In this document: piece by piece, positions 1 through 8,952 of the stretch
Layout: each line of letters opens with the position of its first letter
How positions within the stretch are numbered: the stretch's first letter is position 1
DNA from: Dehalococcoidia bacterium
GTDB lineage: Bacteria; Chloroflexota; Dehalococcoidia; Lucifugimonadales; UBA3495
Assembly (NCBI GenBank): GCA_965232885.1
Contig: CBDDQX010000001.1
Coordinates: forward strand, 451,922-515,921
Length of the DNA: 64,000 nucleotides
Reading direction: 5' to 3'
Notes under the pieces: model-generated
Databases searched by the model: none
What the model was told of the DNA's origin: nothing
Seen by the model: only the letters and a program-made list of their open reading frames with translations
Made by a program: the position numbers and the translations under genes

Positions 1-1002
1 CCAGTCGGCGATCTCGTAGGGCTCGCCGTCCCAGGGAAGCAGGGCCTGACGCTCCTCGTCCCGGAAGACCACCAGGGGCTTGCGGCGAGTGGTGCCGTGG
101 ATGCGCAGCCCGGCCACGTCACGGCACCAGCGCCAGGCCTGCTCCCTGACGTCGGCCAGGTCCCGGAACTCGCCACCCTTGAAGAAACGCTCCCTGACGT
201 AGGGCACGCCCCGCTCCACCTTGGGCTTGTCCTTGGGATGACGGGCCCGAGCAGCATCGGCGATGAAGCCCCGGTGCTGAGAGTATTCCAGGAAGCCCCT
301 GGTGAAGGTGGGATGCAAGGGCTCGGCCACCGCCACTGCGGGAGGGCAATTGTCGATGACCAAGTATTTGGGGATGCCGCCGAAGAAGGCCCAGGCAGAT
401 TCCAGCCCGGCGATCACGTCCTCCAACGTCTGCCCGAAGGTGGGCCAGACGAAGCAGTGCCTGGAGTAGTCCAGCACCACGATCAGCGCCCACACCACGC
501 GGCGGCGGCCGGTATCGGGGTCATGGACCAGCCCCATGCGGCCGAAGTCCACCTCCGCCACCTCGCCCGGCGGAGTGTCCTCCATGCGCACCGTGGTCCT
601 GCTGCGTCTGCTCCAGTTGCGTTTCCGGATGAAGCGTCGCAGCGACGTGTAGGAAACCGCACAGCCCTGGGCCGCCAGCAACTCCTGGATGCGGGTCACC
701 TGCAGCCGGTCCCCGGTGAGCCACCGGTAGATCTGGTCCCCCCAGGGGACCAGGCCATCTTCCACCGGAGTCTCCACCTTCCTCGGTCCAGCCCGGCTGA
801 TGCCCGCCAACCGGCTCAACTGGACCTCGTCGGGAGCCGGACCATCCTGCTCCAGTCCCGCCGCCATCGCCGCCGCCAGGTACTTGCGCACCGTCACCCG
901 CGACAGCCCCGTCCCTACCCCTATCTGTCGCTGACTGCCTCCCGCCTGCCAGCGGCGTATTACCTCTTGTATTTCCACTCGGAGCACCTCCTTGTACGCC
1001 AT
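1..1002 (-). CDS. istA: IS21-family transposase IstA, 3'-truncated by the window edge
   Basis: Absent from the ORF track because it runs off the window. My reverse-strand translation from the ATG at 1002-1000 reads MAYKEVLRVEIQEVIRRWQAGGSQRQI...VDFGRMGLVHDP...LIVVLDYSRHCFVWP...KYLVIDNCP...HPKDKPKVERGV...IHGTTRRKP. This is an N-terminal HTH plus a DDE core as in IstA. The frame stays open to position 1 (334 codons). Confidence 0.85.
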   Translation of the reverse strand, partial: MAYKEVLRVEIQEVIRRWQAGGSQRQIGVGTGLSRVTVRKYLAAAMAAGLEQDGPAPDEVQLSRLAGISRAGPRKVETPVEDGLVPWGDQIYRWLTGDRLQVTRIQELLAAQGCAVSYTSLRRFIRKRNWSRRSRTTVRMEDTPPGEVAEVDFGRMGLVHDPDTGRRRVVWALIVVLDYSRHCFVWPTFGQTLEDVIAGLESAWAFFGGIPKYLVIDNCPPAVAVAEPLHPTFTRGFLEYSQHRGFIADAARARHPKDKPKVERGVPYVRERFFKGGEFRDLADVREQAWRWCRDVAGLRIHGTTRRKPLVVFRDEERQALLPWDGEPYEIADW

Positions 1003-1240
1003 CGCTGCACCTCGATACCGGAGTGCGGCAATGGTCGCCTTTGTGGCGCCCCAGGGTGGTCAAAGACCATGAAAATCTGGTCTATAGTCCTCGGCGATTT
1101 CGTCCTTTACTGGTACATAGTTCGTGGCGATTTACAGCCGGGAACTGCGGTTCATCCGGCCCTCCCGCAGAAACCGTATCAGCACACCGGAACTACCCCA
1201 AGAAGAGTTCCTGCCGCTGCCCCCAGACCTGGCACTGACA
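1..1240 (-). mobile_element. Partial IS21-family element (istA side); outer boundary tentative
   Basis: The non-coding leader upstream of istA carries the short direct repeat GGCGATTT at 1093-1100 and 1126-1133. A TGTCAGTGCC-type terminus is present on the minus strand at 1231-1240. The boundary is not verified because no second end lies in the window. Confidence 0.35.
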
Positions 1241-1332
1241 AGAACACCCCGCTACGCTCAACGTAAAGCGTACCGGACCAAATCCTCTACCCATCACTGA
1301 ATTTGTTGGAACAGATGCGCCGACCCGCCCCC

Positions 1333-1545
1333 CTACAGGCGCCTTTCCAACGCTCCCACCAGCGTGGGCGTCAGCCGCCGGCCGTCCTCGAACCGGGTCA
1401 AAGTGCGGGGGCTCACTCCCAGGGTCTCCGCCGCCCGGGGCCTGCCCTGCGCCTCGGTCGTATCCGCCAAGAGCGCCAGCAGCCGCATCTCCCGCAGGCT
1501 GTCCAGGCTGCGGCTGGTCTCCGGGTACTGCTCGCCCTCCGCCAT
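1333..1545 (-). CDS. Small helix-turn-helix DNA-binding protein
   Basis: The ORF is 1333..1605. The internal ATG at 1545 is preceded by GAGGAGGG about 7 nt upstream. The protein reads MAEGEQYPE...LRLLALLADTTEAQGRPRAAETLGVSPRTLTRFEDGRRLTPTLVGALERRL, which is an HTH-like motif. Confidence 0.6.
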   Translation of the reverse strand: MAEGEQYPETSRSLDSLREMRLLALLADTTEAQGRPRAAETLGVSPRTLTRFEDGRRLTPTLVGALERRL

Positions 1546-1563
1546 CGTGACGCCCTCCTCATT

Positions 1564-1637
1564 GGACAACTGTCCGATTTCGTTCCTGCCGCTGTCCAGT
1601 TTCACCCGCCAATGCCGGTGGACAACTGTCCGATTTC
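1564..1637. promoter_or_regulatory. Operator-like direct repeats upstream of the HTH gene
   Basis: GGACAACTGTCCGATTTC occurs twice as a perfect 18-mer (1564-1581 and 1620-1637). Each copy contains the dyad GGACA-N2-TGTCC. Further GGACA/TGTCC half-sites lie nearby (about 1594-1600, 1647-1653, 1739-1755 and 1806-1812). Confidence 0.45.
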
Positions 1638-1675
1638 ATATGTGGGACTGTCCAGACGGGCTGGAAGCTGCCCTG

Positions 1676-1794
1676 GAACCGAGGTGTTCGCTGAAACCGT
1701 CCAATAGGGGGGTGATTTCCCTCGATTTCAGGTTCAACCGGACAGGATTGGACACCTGCCCGCCAACTCCAAATCCCTGTACACGGGTATGACA
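1676..1794. repeat. Three-box non-coding module, copy 1 (C-box degenerate)
   Basis: B-box GATTTCAGGTTCAA is at 1724-1737 and A-box CCTGTACACGGGTATGACA at 1776-1794. The B-to-A offset is 52 nt. Confidence 0.6.
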
Positions 1795-2041
1795 CCTGAC
1801 CGACCTGTCCAAATCCGGCGCCCTATATGGGATGACGCGAATGACACCGCTTACGGGGAATCGCGCCGAGGCCAGGCCAGTTGTCATCACGATGGGCCGA
1901 GGTCGCCGAGGGAGAGAGCGCCCCGGTCCCTGCCGTCGCGCAGCCGACATCGGCGGGAGGAGACCCTCGCGGCGAGAGGCTGGCTTCCCCTGCTGGCCCG
2001 GCTGACGCCGGGAACCGACTTGCAGAAATACAAGTGGGCCG

Positions 2042-2170
2042 GAACCCGACCTTACCCGGGATTGCTTGCAAAACCCGCTCTCGTTCCCCGATTTACCCCG
2101 GTTTCAGGTTCAAAAGGGCGGCGAGCTGTATTTCTGCAACTGGTGGCAATTCCTGTACACGGGTATGACA
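2042..2170. repeat. Three-box non-coding module, copy 2
   Basis: C-box CCTTACCCGGGATTGCTTGCAAAA is at 2050-2073. B-box GGTTTCAGGTTCAAAA is at 2100-2115. A-box CCTGTACACGGGTATGACA is at 2152-2170. The offsets are 50 and 52 nt. Confidence 0.6.
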
Positions 2171-2498
2171 TGGATACGGACTCCGGCAGTGTCCCGGGAT
2201 GGGTGAATTTGCGCCAGGCAGCTCATGGTCGAAGCTCCGGGTGTCCCATCCGCCCTTTCCGGTACGGTTCCGTCACCGAGAGAAGCAGGGATCAGACCTG
2301 CGCCACCCAACAGGCGGCAACCGGCAGCGTCGGCAGCGGTCCACCGGCGAATGGCCGACGTGGGGTGGGGCCGGCTCTGACAGGTCATCCGGTAGAGGGG
2401 CGACGGCGACGCTACCCCGACGGCAACCGGCCCACTCCGCTTACCGGGACCGGGCTGGCGATTGGCTGCCCAAAAGGGAAATCCGTTCCGACTTTCCA

Positions 2499-2631
2499 GA
2501 ACCAGCCCTTACCCGCAATCGCTTGCAAACGGGGAGATTTGGCCCGATCAGTTCCATGTGTTTTGAGTTCAAAATGGGCCGAAAAGTTCCCACAAGGGAA
2601 TCGGAGGGAATTCCTGTACACGGGTATGGCA
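2499..2631. repeat. Three-box non-coding module, copy 3
   Basis: C-box CCTTACCCGCAATCGCTTGCAAA is at 2507-2529. B-box TGTTTTGAGTTCAAAA is at 2559-2574. A-box CCTGTACACGGGTATGGCA is at 2613-2631. The offsets are 52 and 54 nt. Confidence 0.6.
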
Positions 2632-2898
2632 TCTAATCCGGCCCTGACCGGGCTCTCGAAGACATGATTGCTCGGCAGTATGGGAGATCGTCAGGGTCGC
2701 GGCCCTGCGCCTGCTGGAAAGCGCCGGCGGGGAGATGGAACGGCTGACACGCCAGGTTTGACCCGTGATGACGCGCTCGTTCACAATAGCCTCAGGATGG
2801 GCAGCGTCCCCGACCATCTGATCCGGGCTGTTGCTGGCGCTGGCCGGCACAGGCGGCGGCCCGATGGCCGCAACGAACCCAGGGCGGCCACATGTGCC

Positions 2899-2927
2899 TT
2901 GACGAGTAGGGCCAGACCGCTGATAAT
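2899..2927 (+). promoter_or_regulatory. Sigma70-like promoter for the RHH/recombinase unit
   Basis: TTGACG (2899-2904), a 17-nt spacer, then GATAAT (2922-2927). It lies in a locally AT-rich stretch about 45 nt upstream of the RHH start. Confidence 0.5.
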
Positions 2928-2970
2928 CTTAGTAAGATAAACTATTAGTATCGCAGGCAAAAAAGAGGCC

Positions 2971-3174
2971 ATGCCCCCACGCCGGAAATCCAGGACCATT
3001 ACCTTCTCCCTCCCCCCGGAGATGTTCAAGGAGGTGCAACGGGTGAAGGAAGAAGAGGGCCGCGACATGAGCGAGTTAGTGCGAGAAGCCCTGCGCCTGT
3101 ACATGGACGATAGGGAACTGCGCCGTGAGCAACGCTTGGAACGGCTGCGCTCCCGCCAGGCGGAACCCGGATAG
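2971..3174 (+). CDS. Ribbon-helix-helix (CopG/Arc/MetJ-like) DNA-binding protein
   Basis: The 67-aa protein begins MPPRRKSRTITFSLPPEMFKEVQRVKEEEGRDMSELVREALRLYM. This is the beta-strand/helix/helix pattern of RHH proteins. It ends 20 nt before the recombinase start. Confidence 0.7.
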   Translation: MPPRRKSRTITFSLPPEMFKEVQRVKEEEGRDMSELVREALRLYMDDRELRREQRLERLRSRQAEPG

Positions 3175-3809
3175 AATGAACGAGGTGAAATCAATGAGTG
3201 AACGCAACGACCTGACCCCGGCGGCCCTCTACGCCGGGTGTCCAGCGACTGCCAGGACGTGGACCTCTCCGTGGCCGCCAAACTGCGTGCCCTGTGGGAC
3301 TACGCTGAGCGCAATGGATACTCCGTCGCCGCGAGTACGTGGACGAAGCCGAGAGTGGCAGAATCGCCGATAGGCCCCAGTTCAAGAAGATGCTGGACGA
3401 AGCCAGCAAGCCGGAATCGCCTTTTGGCGAGATTCTCGTATGGAAGTTTTCGAGGTTCACCCGCAAGCGGGAACACGCCGTCGCCTTCAAGTCCATGCTC
3501 CGGCGCAAGGGCATCCGCGTAGTATCCATCACCGAACACGCCGACGACACCCCCACCGGCAAGCTCATGGAAGCCATCATCGAAAGCGTGGACGAGTTCT
3601 ACTCGGAGAATTTGGCCCAGGAGGTTCGCGGGGTATGCGCGAAGCCGCCTCCCGGGGCTTCTGGGTGACCACCTACGCCCCCTATGGCTACAAGAAGGTC
3701 CAGGTCTAGGACGGGGCCAAGAAACGCCCCAAACTGGAACTGAACCCACCCCACGACGTCGTGGCCCGCCGCATCTTCAATCTAGCCCTCCAGGGACACA
3801 GCATCCTAG

Positions 3810-5730
3810 AAATCTGGCCGAAAACCCCGGCTGACTGGGCAGTGGGTTATAATCCGGGCGAACTGAGTTAGCGGAGCGAGACGATGCTGGGAGAGCGTTC
3901 GGAGCAGAGGGGTCTGTGGGAAGCAGACCGGTTGTACCTTGACCACGTGGGGCGGGACACCTTCTACGGTCTGCTGGCCTCGCTGCGGGGCCGGTTGTTC
4001 CGGGACGCCGACTTCGCCGAGTTCTATTGTGCCGACAACGGGCGGGACAGCGTGCCGCCCAGCCTGCTGGCCACTGCCCTGCTGTTGCAGACCCACGACA
4101 AGGTCAGCGACGCCGAGGCCAAGGCCCGGGCCGACTTCGACATCCGCTGGAAGGTGGCCCTGGGGATAGAGGTAGAGGACAGGCCCTTCGCCAAGAGCAC
4201 GCTGCAGGTGTTCCGGGCCCAGCTGATCCTGCACGACAAGGTGCGGGAGGTATTCGAGTCCAGCCTGCGGCTGGCCCGGGAGTCGGGCTACCTGAAAAAG
4301 CGGAGCATGAAGGTGGCGCTGGACACGACCAACATCCTGGGCCGGGGCGCGGTGAAGGACACCTACAATTTGCTGGCCGACGGCATCGTCAAATTGATGC
4401 GGGCGCTGGCAGCCGTGGAGCAGACCAAGGTCAAAGAATGGGCCCAGGTCCAGGGATACCAGCGGTACCTGGCCTCCAGCATCAAGGGCGAGGCGGCCAT
4501 CGACTGGTCGGACAAACGGGCGAGGCAGGCCCTGCTGGCCCAGGTGGTGGCCGATGCGGACCGGCTGCTGGAATTGTCGCGGCAGGCCCAGGGAGAGTTG
4601 GGGGAGGACAGCGCTGAGCGGCAGCAGATCGTGGCGGCGGCGGAACTGCTGGGGCAGTTGCTGCTCCAGGACATTGAGCGCCAGAGCCCAGATGGCGATG
4701 GAGAGGGCGATGGAGAGGGCGACGGCGATGCCGGAGTGAGTCTCAGGGACGGGGTGAGTCGGGACCGGATGATGTCGGTGCACGACCCGGAGATGCGCCA
4801 CGGGCACAAGAGCAGCCGCCGACGCTTCGACGGGCACAAGGCGGCCATCGTCGTGGACACCGACAGCCAGCTGATCACCGCGGTGGATGTATTGCCGGGC
4901 AACGCTCCGGACAACCTGGGGGCGCTGGAACTGGTGGAGCAGAGCGAGGCCAACACCGGTTTGCCGGTGGCAGAAGCCCTGGGCGATGCCGCCTATGGCG
5001 ACGGAGCTACCAGGCAGACCTTCGCCGACGCGGGACGGCGGTTGGTGGCCCGAGTGCCAGGTCGGCCCAACCGGAAGCACTTCCCCAAGGATGACTTTGT
5101 CATTGACCTGGCGGCGGACAGTTGCACCTGTCCGGCGGGACAGGTCACCCACAACATCGTGCCAGCGGGAAAACGGACTGATGCCGCGGGTCGGGTCCGC
5201 CACTTGCGGGCCTTCCAGTTCGACGGGTCCGAATGTATTACTTGTCTACTGCGGTCCCAGTGCATCGCAGCTAAAGGCAGGAAGGGACGACGGGTGCTGA
5301 TCCATCCTCAGGAAGCCCTGTTGCAGCAGGCCCGGACCCTGCAACAGAGCGCCGGATATGACGAATATCGAGGGCGCCGAGTGGTGGTGGAACACCGGTT
5401 GGCCCGACTGGTCCATCTGGGCATCCGCCAGGCCCGCTACTTTGGCAGGATCAAGACGAAGTTCCAGCTGTACCTGGCGGCCACGGTGGCCAACCTGACC
5501 CTGGTGGCCGGGGAAATCGGTCTGTCGGACAGTGTCGGCGGCGGCGTAGAGACCCACCGCGCCGTCCCCAGTGATGTCAATGATGTCCAGGCTGTTTCCC
5601 ACGGTGTTGCCACCCATGCTGCGGCCATTTTTGGCGCGGTCCGGCTCGGACAGCTGTGGTCCCAGATTCTGTTTGCCTCGGCTCTACTGCCGAAAGCCCC
5701 CTCCCCATCCAGGGCTTTTCGGCCCGGTTT
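3810..5730 (+). mobile_element. IS1182/IS5-like insertion sequence inside the recombinase gene
   Basis: The imperfect terminal inverted repeats are AAATCTGGCCGAAAACCCCGG (left) and the reverse complement of CAGGGCTTTTCGGCCCGGTTT (right), matching at about 17 of 21 positions. The element is flanked by CTAG at 3806-3809 and 5731-5734. Removing it restores the recombinase frame. Confidence 0.75.
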
Positions 5731-5734
5731 CTAG
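3884..5734 (+). CDS. IS1182/IS5-type DDE transposase
   Basis: The 616-aa protein has an N-terminus LWEADRLYLDHVGRDTFYGLLASLRGRLFRDADFAEFYCADNGRDSVPPSLLATALLLQ (InsH-type N-terminal domain). Its C-terminus includes VVVEHRLARLVHLGIRQARYFGRIKTKFQLYLAATVANL. The stop codon is the TAG of the flanking CTAG. Confidence 0.8.
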   Translation: MLGERSEQRGLWEADRLYLDHVGRDTFYGLLASLRGRLFRDADFAEFYCADNGRDSVPPSLLATALLLQTHDKVSDAEAKARADFDIRWKVALGIEVEDRPFAKSTLQVFRAQLILHDKVREVFESSLRLARESGYLKKRSMKVALDTTNILGRGAVKDTYNLLADGIVKLMRALAAVEQTKVKEWAQVQGYQRYLASSIKGEAAIDWSDKRARQALLAQVVADADRLLELSRQAQGELGEDSAERQQIVAAAELLGQLLLQDIERQSPDGDGEGDGEGDGDAGVSLRDGVSRDRMMSVHDPEMRHGHKSSRRRFDGHKAAIVVDTDSQLITAVDVLPGNAPDNLGALELVEQSEANTGLPVAEALGDAAYGDGATRQTFADAGRRLVARVPGRPNRKHFPKDDFVIDLAADSCTCPAGQVTHNIVPAGKRTDAAGRVRHLRAFQFDGSECITCLLRSQCIAAKGRKGRRVLIHPQEALLQQARTLQQSAGYDEYRGRRVVVEHRLARLVHLGIRQARYFGRIKTKFQLYLAATVANLTLVAGEIGLSDSVGGGVETHRAVPSDVNDVQAVSHGVATHAAAIFGAVRLGQLWSQILFASALLPKAPSPSRAFRPGF

Positions 5735-6462
5735 ACATCGTGAAAACCCTCAACTCCGAGGGCATCCCCACCGCAAACGGCAAGCAGTGGCTCAAGACCA
5801 CCATCCACGCCATGCTCACCAACGAAGCCTACACCGGTACCCTGGTCTGGGGGCACAACGCCCGGGACGGCGCCCCTCCCGTCCGAGTTGAGGACGCCTT
5901 CCCAGCCATCGTATCCCGCCGGGATTTCCACCGGGTGAGAAAGTTGCTGGGCTCCCGCGCTCCGAAACAGACCAACCCTCACCGCGCCGTCAGCCCCTAC
6001 CTGCTCAGCGGGCTGCTCAAGTGCGAAACCTGCGGCAAGGCCATGACCGCCGCCGAAGCCAAGAGCGGCAAGTACACCTACTACGTCTGCCAGTCCCTGA
6101 TGAAGCAGGGCAGCGGCGCCTGCGACGCTCCCAGGCTCAATGCCAGGAAGTTCGAGGGCATGATCATTGACCAGATTCGGGACAACATCCTCACCGAGAC
6201 CAACGTCCGCGACCTGGTGAAGCTGGTGGACGAGGAGATGGACGGCGTGGCCCGGGAACAGCGGCAGCAGATGGAGATGGTGGAAGGGGAACTGGCCGAG
6301 GTGCGCCGCAAGATGGACCGGCTCTGGCACGCCGTGGAGAGCACCGACCTGGAAATTAACGACATCCTGCCCCGCCTGAGAGAGCACAAGGAACGCCAAG
6401 AGAAATTGGAGATGGCGGCGGAAGAGGCACGGGCTTTGCTTTCCGAGCGGCGGGAGATCCTA

Positions 6463-7697
6463 AACCAAAGCCAAGGTGAAATGCGCAGATACATGGGGTA
6501 AATTTGTGAGGGAACCGAGGTAGCTGGTCACAGAAGTCGCGAGGGGTTGGTGATGGGCGTGAGGGAGATAGACCGGTCTCTGGAACAATGGCATATGGGG
6601 GTCAAGGACTTGCGGCGGCGGGTGATCCTGGCACCGACGCCCCGGGAGCGGGAGCGGTGGTACGCCATCCTGCTGCTGGCTCAGGGCTTGACGGCAGCGG
6701 CGACGGCGGACGCGCTGGAGCGGGACCCCCACACTATTGGACGTTGGGCGTCGGCCTTCGGTGAGGGAGGGCCTGCGGCCCTGATATTCGAGCAGACCGG
6801 TGGTTCCCCCCCGCCCTTGACCAAGCGCAGCAGGAGGAGTTGAAAGGGGCGGTGGAGCAACCGCCCGCTGGGGCGGGCATCGAAATGTCCAACTGGTATT
6901 GGAAGGTGGTGCGGCAGTTCGTTTCAGAACGGTTCGGCATCAGCCTGAGCCGCAGCAGTTGTCTGAACTGGCTGCACCGCTTGGGGTTTGCCTTCAAGCG
7001 CCCCAAGAAGCGACTGCTCAAGGCTGACGCGGCCAAGCGGGAGGACTTCGTGGCGGAGTACGCCGCGCTGAGGGAGGAGGCTGGGCGGACTGAAGCCAAG
7101 ATATTCTTCGCTGATGAGGCCCACTTCCGGGCGGACGCGGAACTGCGGGGCAAGTGGGTGCAGAGGGGAGAACCTGCCTTGGTGGACTCCACCAGCCCGA
7201 GGTATGGGGAGAAGGCCAGCTATTATTCGGCGGTGTGCTTGGAGACAGGTGAGGTGGAATGGATGGAACTGGAGGGCAACAGTAACAGCGGGACCTCGGT
7301 TGCTTTCCTGAAGCAACTGAGGGAAAGGCATCCAGGGCCACTGCGGGTCATCTGGGACAACGCGCCGGCCCACCGTGGGGAGGCGATGCGGGAGTACCTC
7401 AGGACGCCTGAGCTGGAGTTGAGGCTGGTGAACCTGCCAGGATACAGCCCGGACTTCAATGCCGATGAGGCTATCTGGGGCTGGGCGAGGGAGGAGGCCA
7501 CTGGCAATCTGTGCTTGGGCAGTAGGGAGGTGGTGCAGGAGCGGGTCGGCAAATTCCTGGCCGGGCTGTCCAGCAGGAAAGACGATGTGAAACGGCGCTG
7601 CCGGACGCTCCTTCAATCAAGGGCCGAAACACTCCCTAGAGATTCCCGCCCCGATTCCCAGTACCAAGCAAATGCACATCCCACCTTGGCTTTGGTT
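6463..7697 (+). mobile_element. IS630-family insertion sequence inside the recombinase gene
   Basis: A perfect 19-nt inverted repeat is present: CTAAACCAAAGCCAAGGTG at 6460-6478 and CACCTTGGCTTTGGTTTAG at 7682-7700. TA flanks lie at 6461-6462 and 7698-7699, the typical IS630 target duplication. Excision restores the frame as ...ERREIL|DDVDT... Confidence 0.85.
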
Positions 7698-7700
7698 TAG
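6547..7700 (+). CDS. IS630-family transposase (HTH part plus DDE part, joined by a -1 shift at a C7 run)
   Basis: orfA (6547..6843) reads ...ERERWYAILLLAQGLTAAATADALERDPHTIGRWASAF. The second frame reads ..LDQAQQEELKGAVEQ...IFFADEAHF...VIWDNAPAHRG...LVNLPGYSPDFNADEAIW, giving a DDE triad. The frame change falls at the CCCCCCC run near 6808-6815. It could be programmed slippage or a mutation. Confidence 0.8.
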
Positions 7701-7929
7701 ACGACGTGGACACCATCGCAGCCTATGCCCAGGATATGCGGGAGTTCCTGCTGGGGAGTAGCTTGACTGAGTCCAGAGCCTTCGTCCGGTCCTTTGTCAA
7801 GGAAATTGACGTGGAGCCCGGCAGAGCCGTCATCCGGTACTCAATTCCCATACCCAAGGAAAGTCCCACAGGGTTCAAGGACACAGAAGAGGTGTCCTTG
7901 GCAGTGCCGGTACTGTCTGCTGTACCTTA

Positions 7930-8006
7930 TGGTGGGCGGTAGTGGACTCGAACCACTGGCCTCTTGCGTGTCGAGCAAGTACTCTAACCAACTGAGCTAA
8001 CCGCCC
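7930..8006 (-). tRNA. tRNA-Val (anticodon GAC), CCA encoded
   Basis: The reverse complement reads GGGCGGTtaGCTCagttggttaGAGTacTTGCTcgacacGCAAGaggccAGTGGttcgagtCCACTACCGCCCaCCA. The acceptor GGGCGGT pairs with ACCGCCC, the anticodon loop is TCGACAC, and the T-loop is TTCGAGT. Its 3' end overlaps the last 13 nt of the recombinase reading frame. Confidence 0.9.
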
Positions 8007-8240
8007 ACACTGCAAGCAAGTGTACCAATCGCGCAGGCGCGGGTCAAGGAGCGCAGCCGCCGTGGTCAGGACGATTGCGAAGTCGCTGAGAATCCGATGA
8101 CGGTAAGCCTGTCGAACTGTCAACGGATTCTGGATTACCCGTCCTTCTACATACTCATGACCAACGGAGCAGGTTCCTTACGTACTTTGCAATCGTCCTG
8201 CCGCCGTGGTAGCGTTCCGTTTCAGGCAGTTTGACCATAC

Positions 8241-8316
8241 GTAGGCGCAGGTTTGAAGCCTGCCTCTACACATTCCGGAATGGCTTGCCGGTCCTTACCA
8301 CCTACATTGCAACGCT
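8241..8316. repeat. Dispersed REP/MITE-like element, family 1 (copy 1 of 3)
   Basis: GTAGGCGCAGGTTTGAAGCCTGCCTCTACACATTCCGGAATGGCTTGCCGGTCCTTACCACCTAC resembles the copies at 36422-36489 and 53164-53241. Confidence 0.7.
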
Positions 8317-8559
8317 GCTAACCGCCGTCGCAACGCTGTTAACCGCCGTCTGATGCGCCGTCGGGCTGCTATGGTTGCCGCGAGTTCCTGACAGGACAGG
8401 GGTTATGTGGCCCCCGTAACACAAGTACAATAAAAACAGGAATTACGCAGTTGGCTACAATTCCCTCACCCTCTCCCAGAGGGTGAGGGTGAACCCCTCA
8501 ACTGTGTAACTCCTGATAAAAGCAGGAAACGGGAAGGATTCAGTACTGGTGAGGGTAAT

Positions 8560-8952
8560 ATGGCGGTAAAGGAGCGGTATAGCCTGTTGTACGACGGGGC
8601 CTGCCCGATATGCAGCCGGGAAGTCCTGTGGCTTCACCGCCGCCGGCCGGAAGTCATCGCAGCGATAGACATCGCAGCGGAGGGCTTCGACGCCGCCGGA
8701 TACGGCCTCAGCGACGAGCAGGTCGACGCCGCCCTCTACGGCATCCGGCCCGACGGCACCGTCACAGTAGGGATGGACAGCCTGCGCGAGGCGTACCGCC
8801 TGGCCGGGCTAGGCTGGCTGATGAACTGGACCGGCTGGTGGCCCGCGCGTCCGGCCTTCGACGCCTTCTATCGCTGGTTCGCCCGCAACCGGATGAGCAT
8901 CGGCAGGCTGCTGGGACGGCAGGACGACTGCGCCGACAACTGCCGGTTCTGA
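8560..8952 (+). CDS. DCC-family thiol-disulfide oxidoreductase (DUF393-like)
   Basis: The N-terminal [16 protein letters not shown] carries a CxxC motif. The family-like C-terminus reads [15 protein letters not shown]. Confidence 0.65.
   Translation: MAVKERYSLLYDGACPICSREVLWLHRRRPEVIAAIDIAAEGFDAAGYGLSDEQVDAALYGIRPDGTVTVGMDSLREAYRLAGLGWLMNWTGWWPARPAFDAFYRWFARNRMSIGRLLGRQDDCADNCRF

Larger units (their letters stand above)
3194..7942 (+). pseudogene. Large serine recombinase, multiply disrupted
   Basis: Fragments in three frames carry the resolvase core: ALYA/RVSSD.QDVDLSVAAKLRALWDYAERNGYSV, then EYVDEAESGRIADRPQFKKMLDEA...ILVWKFSRFTRK...SENLAQEVR. Frameshifts lie near 3236-3240, 3325-3335 and 3630-3640, and an in-frame TAG is at 3707-3709. 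After excising the two IS elements in silico the frame continues as GHSIL-DIVKTLNSEGIP... with the zinc ribbon CETCGKAM...YYVCQS and a coiled coil, then SERREIL-DDVDTIAAYAQDM. Confidence 0.85.

Noticed and set aside
97-1266. 389-aa plus-strand ORF at the left edge
   Set aside because: It is R/P/G/H-rich with no recognisable motifs. It lies antisense to a clear IS21 IstA frame on the minus strand. This is a typical shadow ORF in high-GC DNA.
1676-2631. Integron cassette array / attC sites, or a CRISPR array
   Set aside because: The boxes do not fit the attC R''/R' cores (RYYYAAC / GTTRRRY), the module ends are not inverted repeats, and there is no tyrosine integrase. The repeat spacing (376 and 461 nt) and the repeat structure are incompatible with CRISPR.
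1789-2667. 292-aa plus-strand ORF spanning the triplicated module, and minus-strand ORFs starting M[S/P]YPCTGI
   Set aside because: The composition is Arg/Pro/Gly-rich, as in a wrong frame. The repeat boxes fall in different frames in different copies, so conservation is at the nucleotide level.
3806-5203. 465-aa minus-strand ORF
   Set aside because: It is antisense to the well-supported IS1182-type transposase gene and has no motifs.
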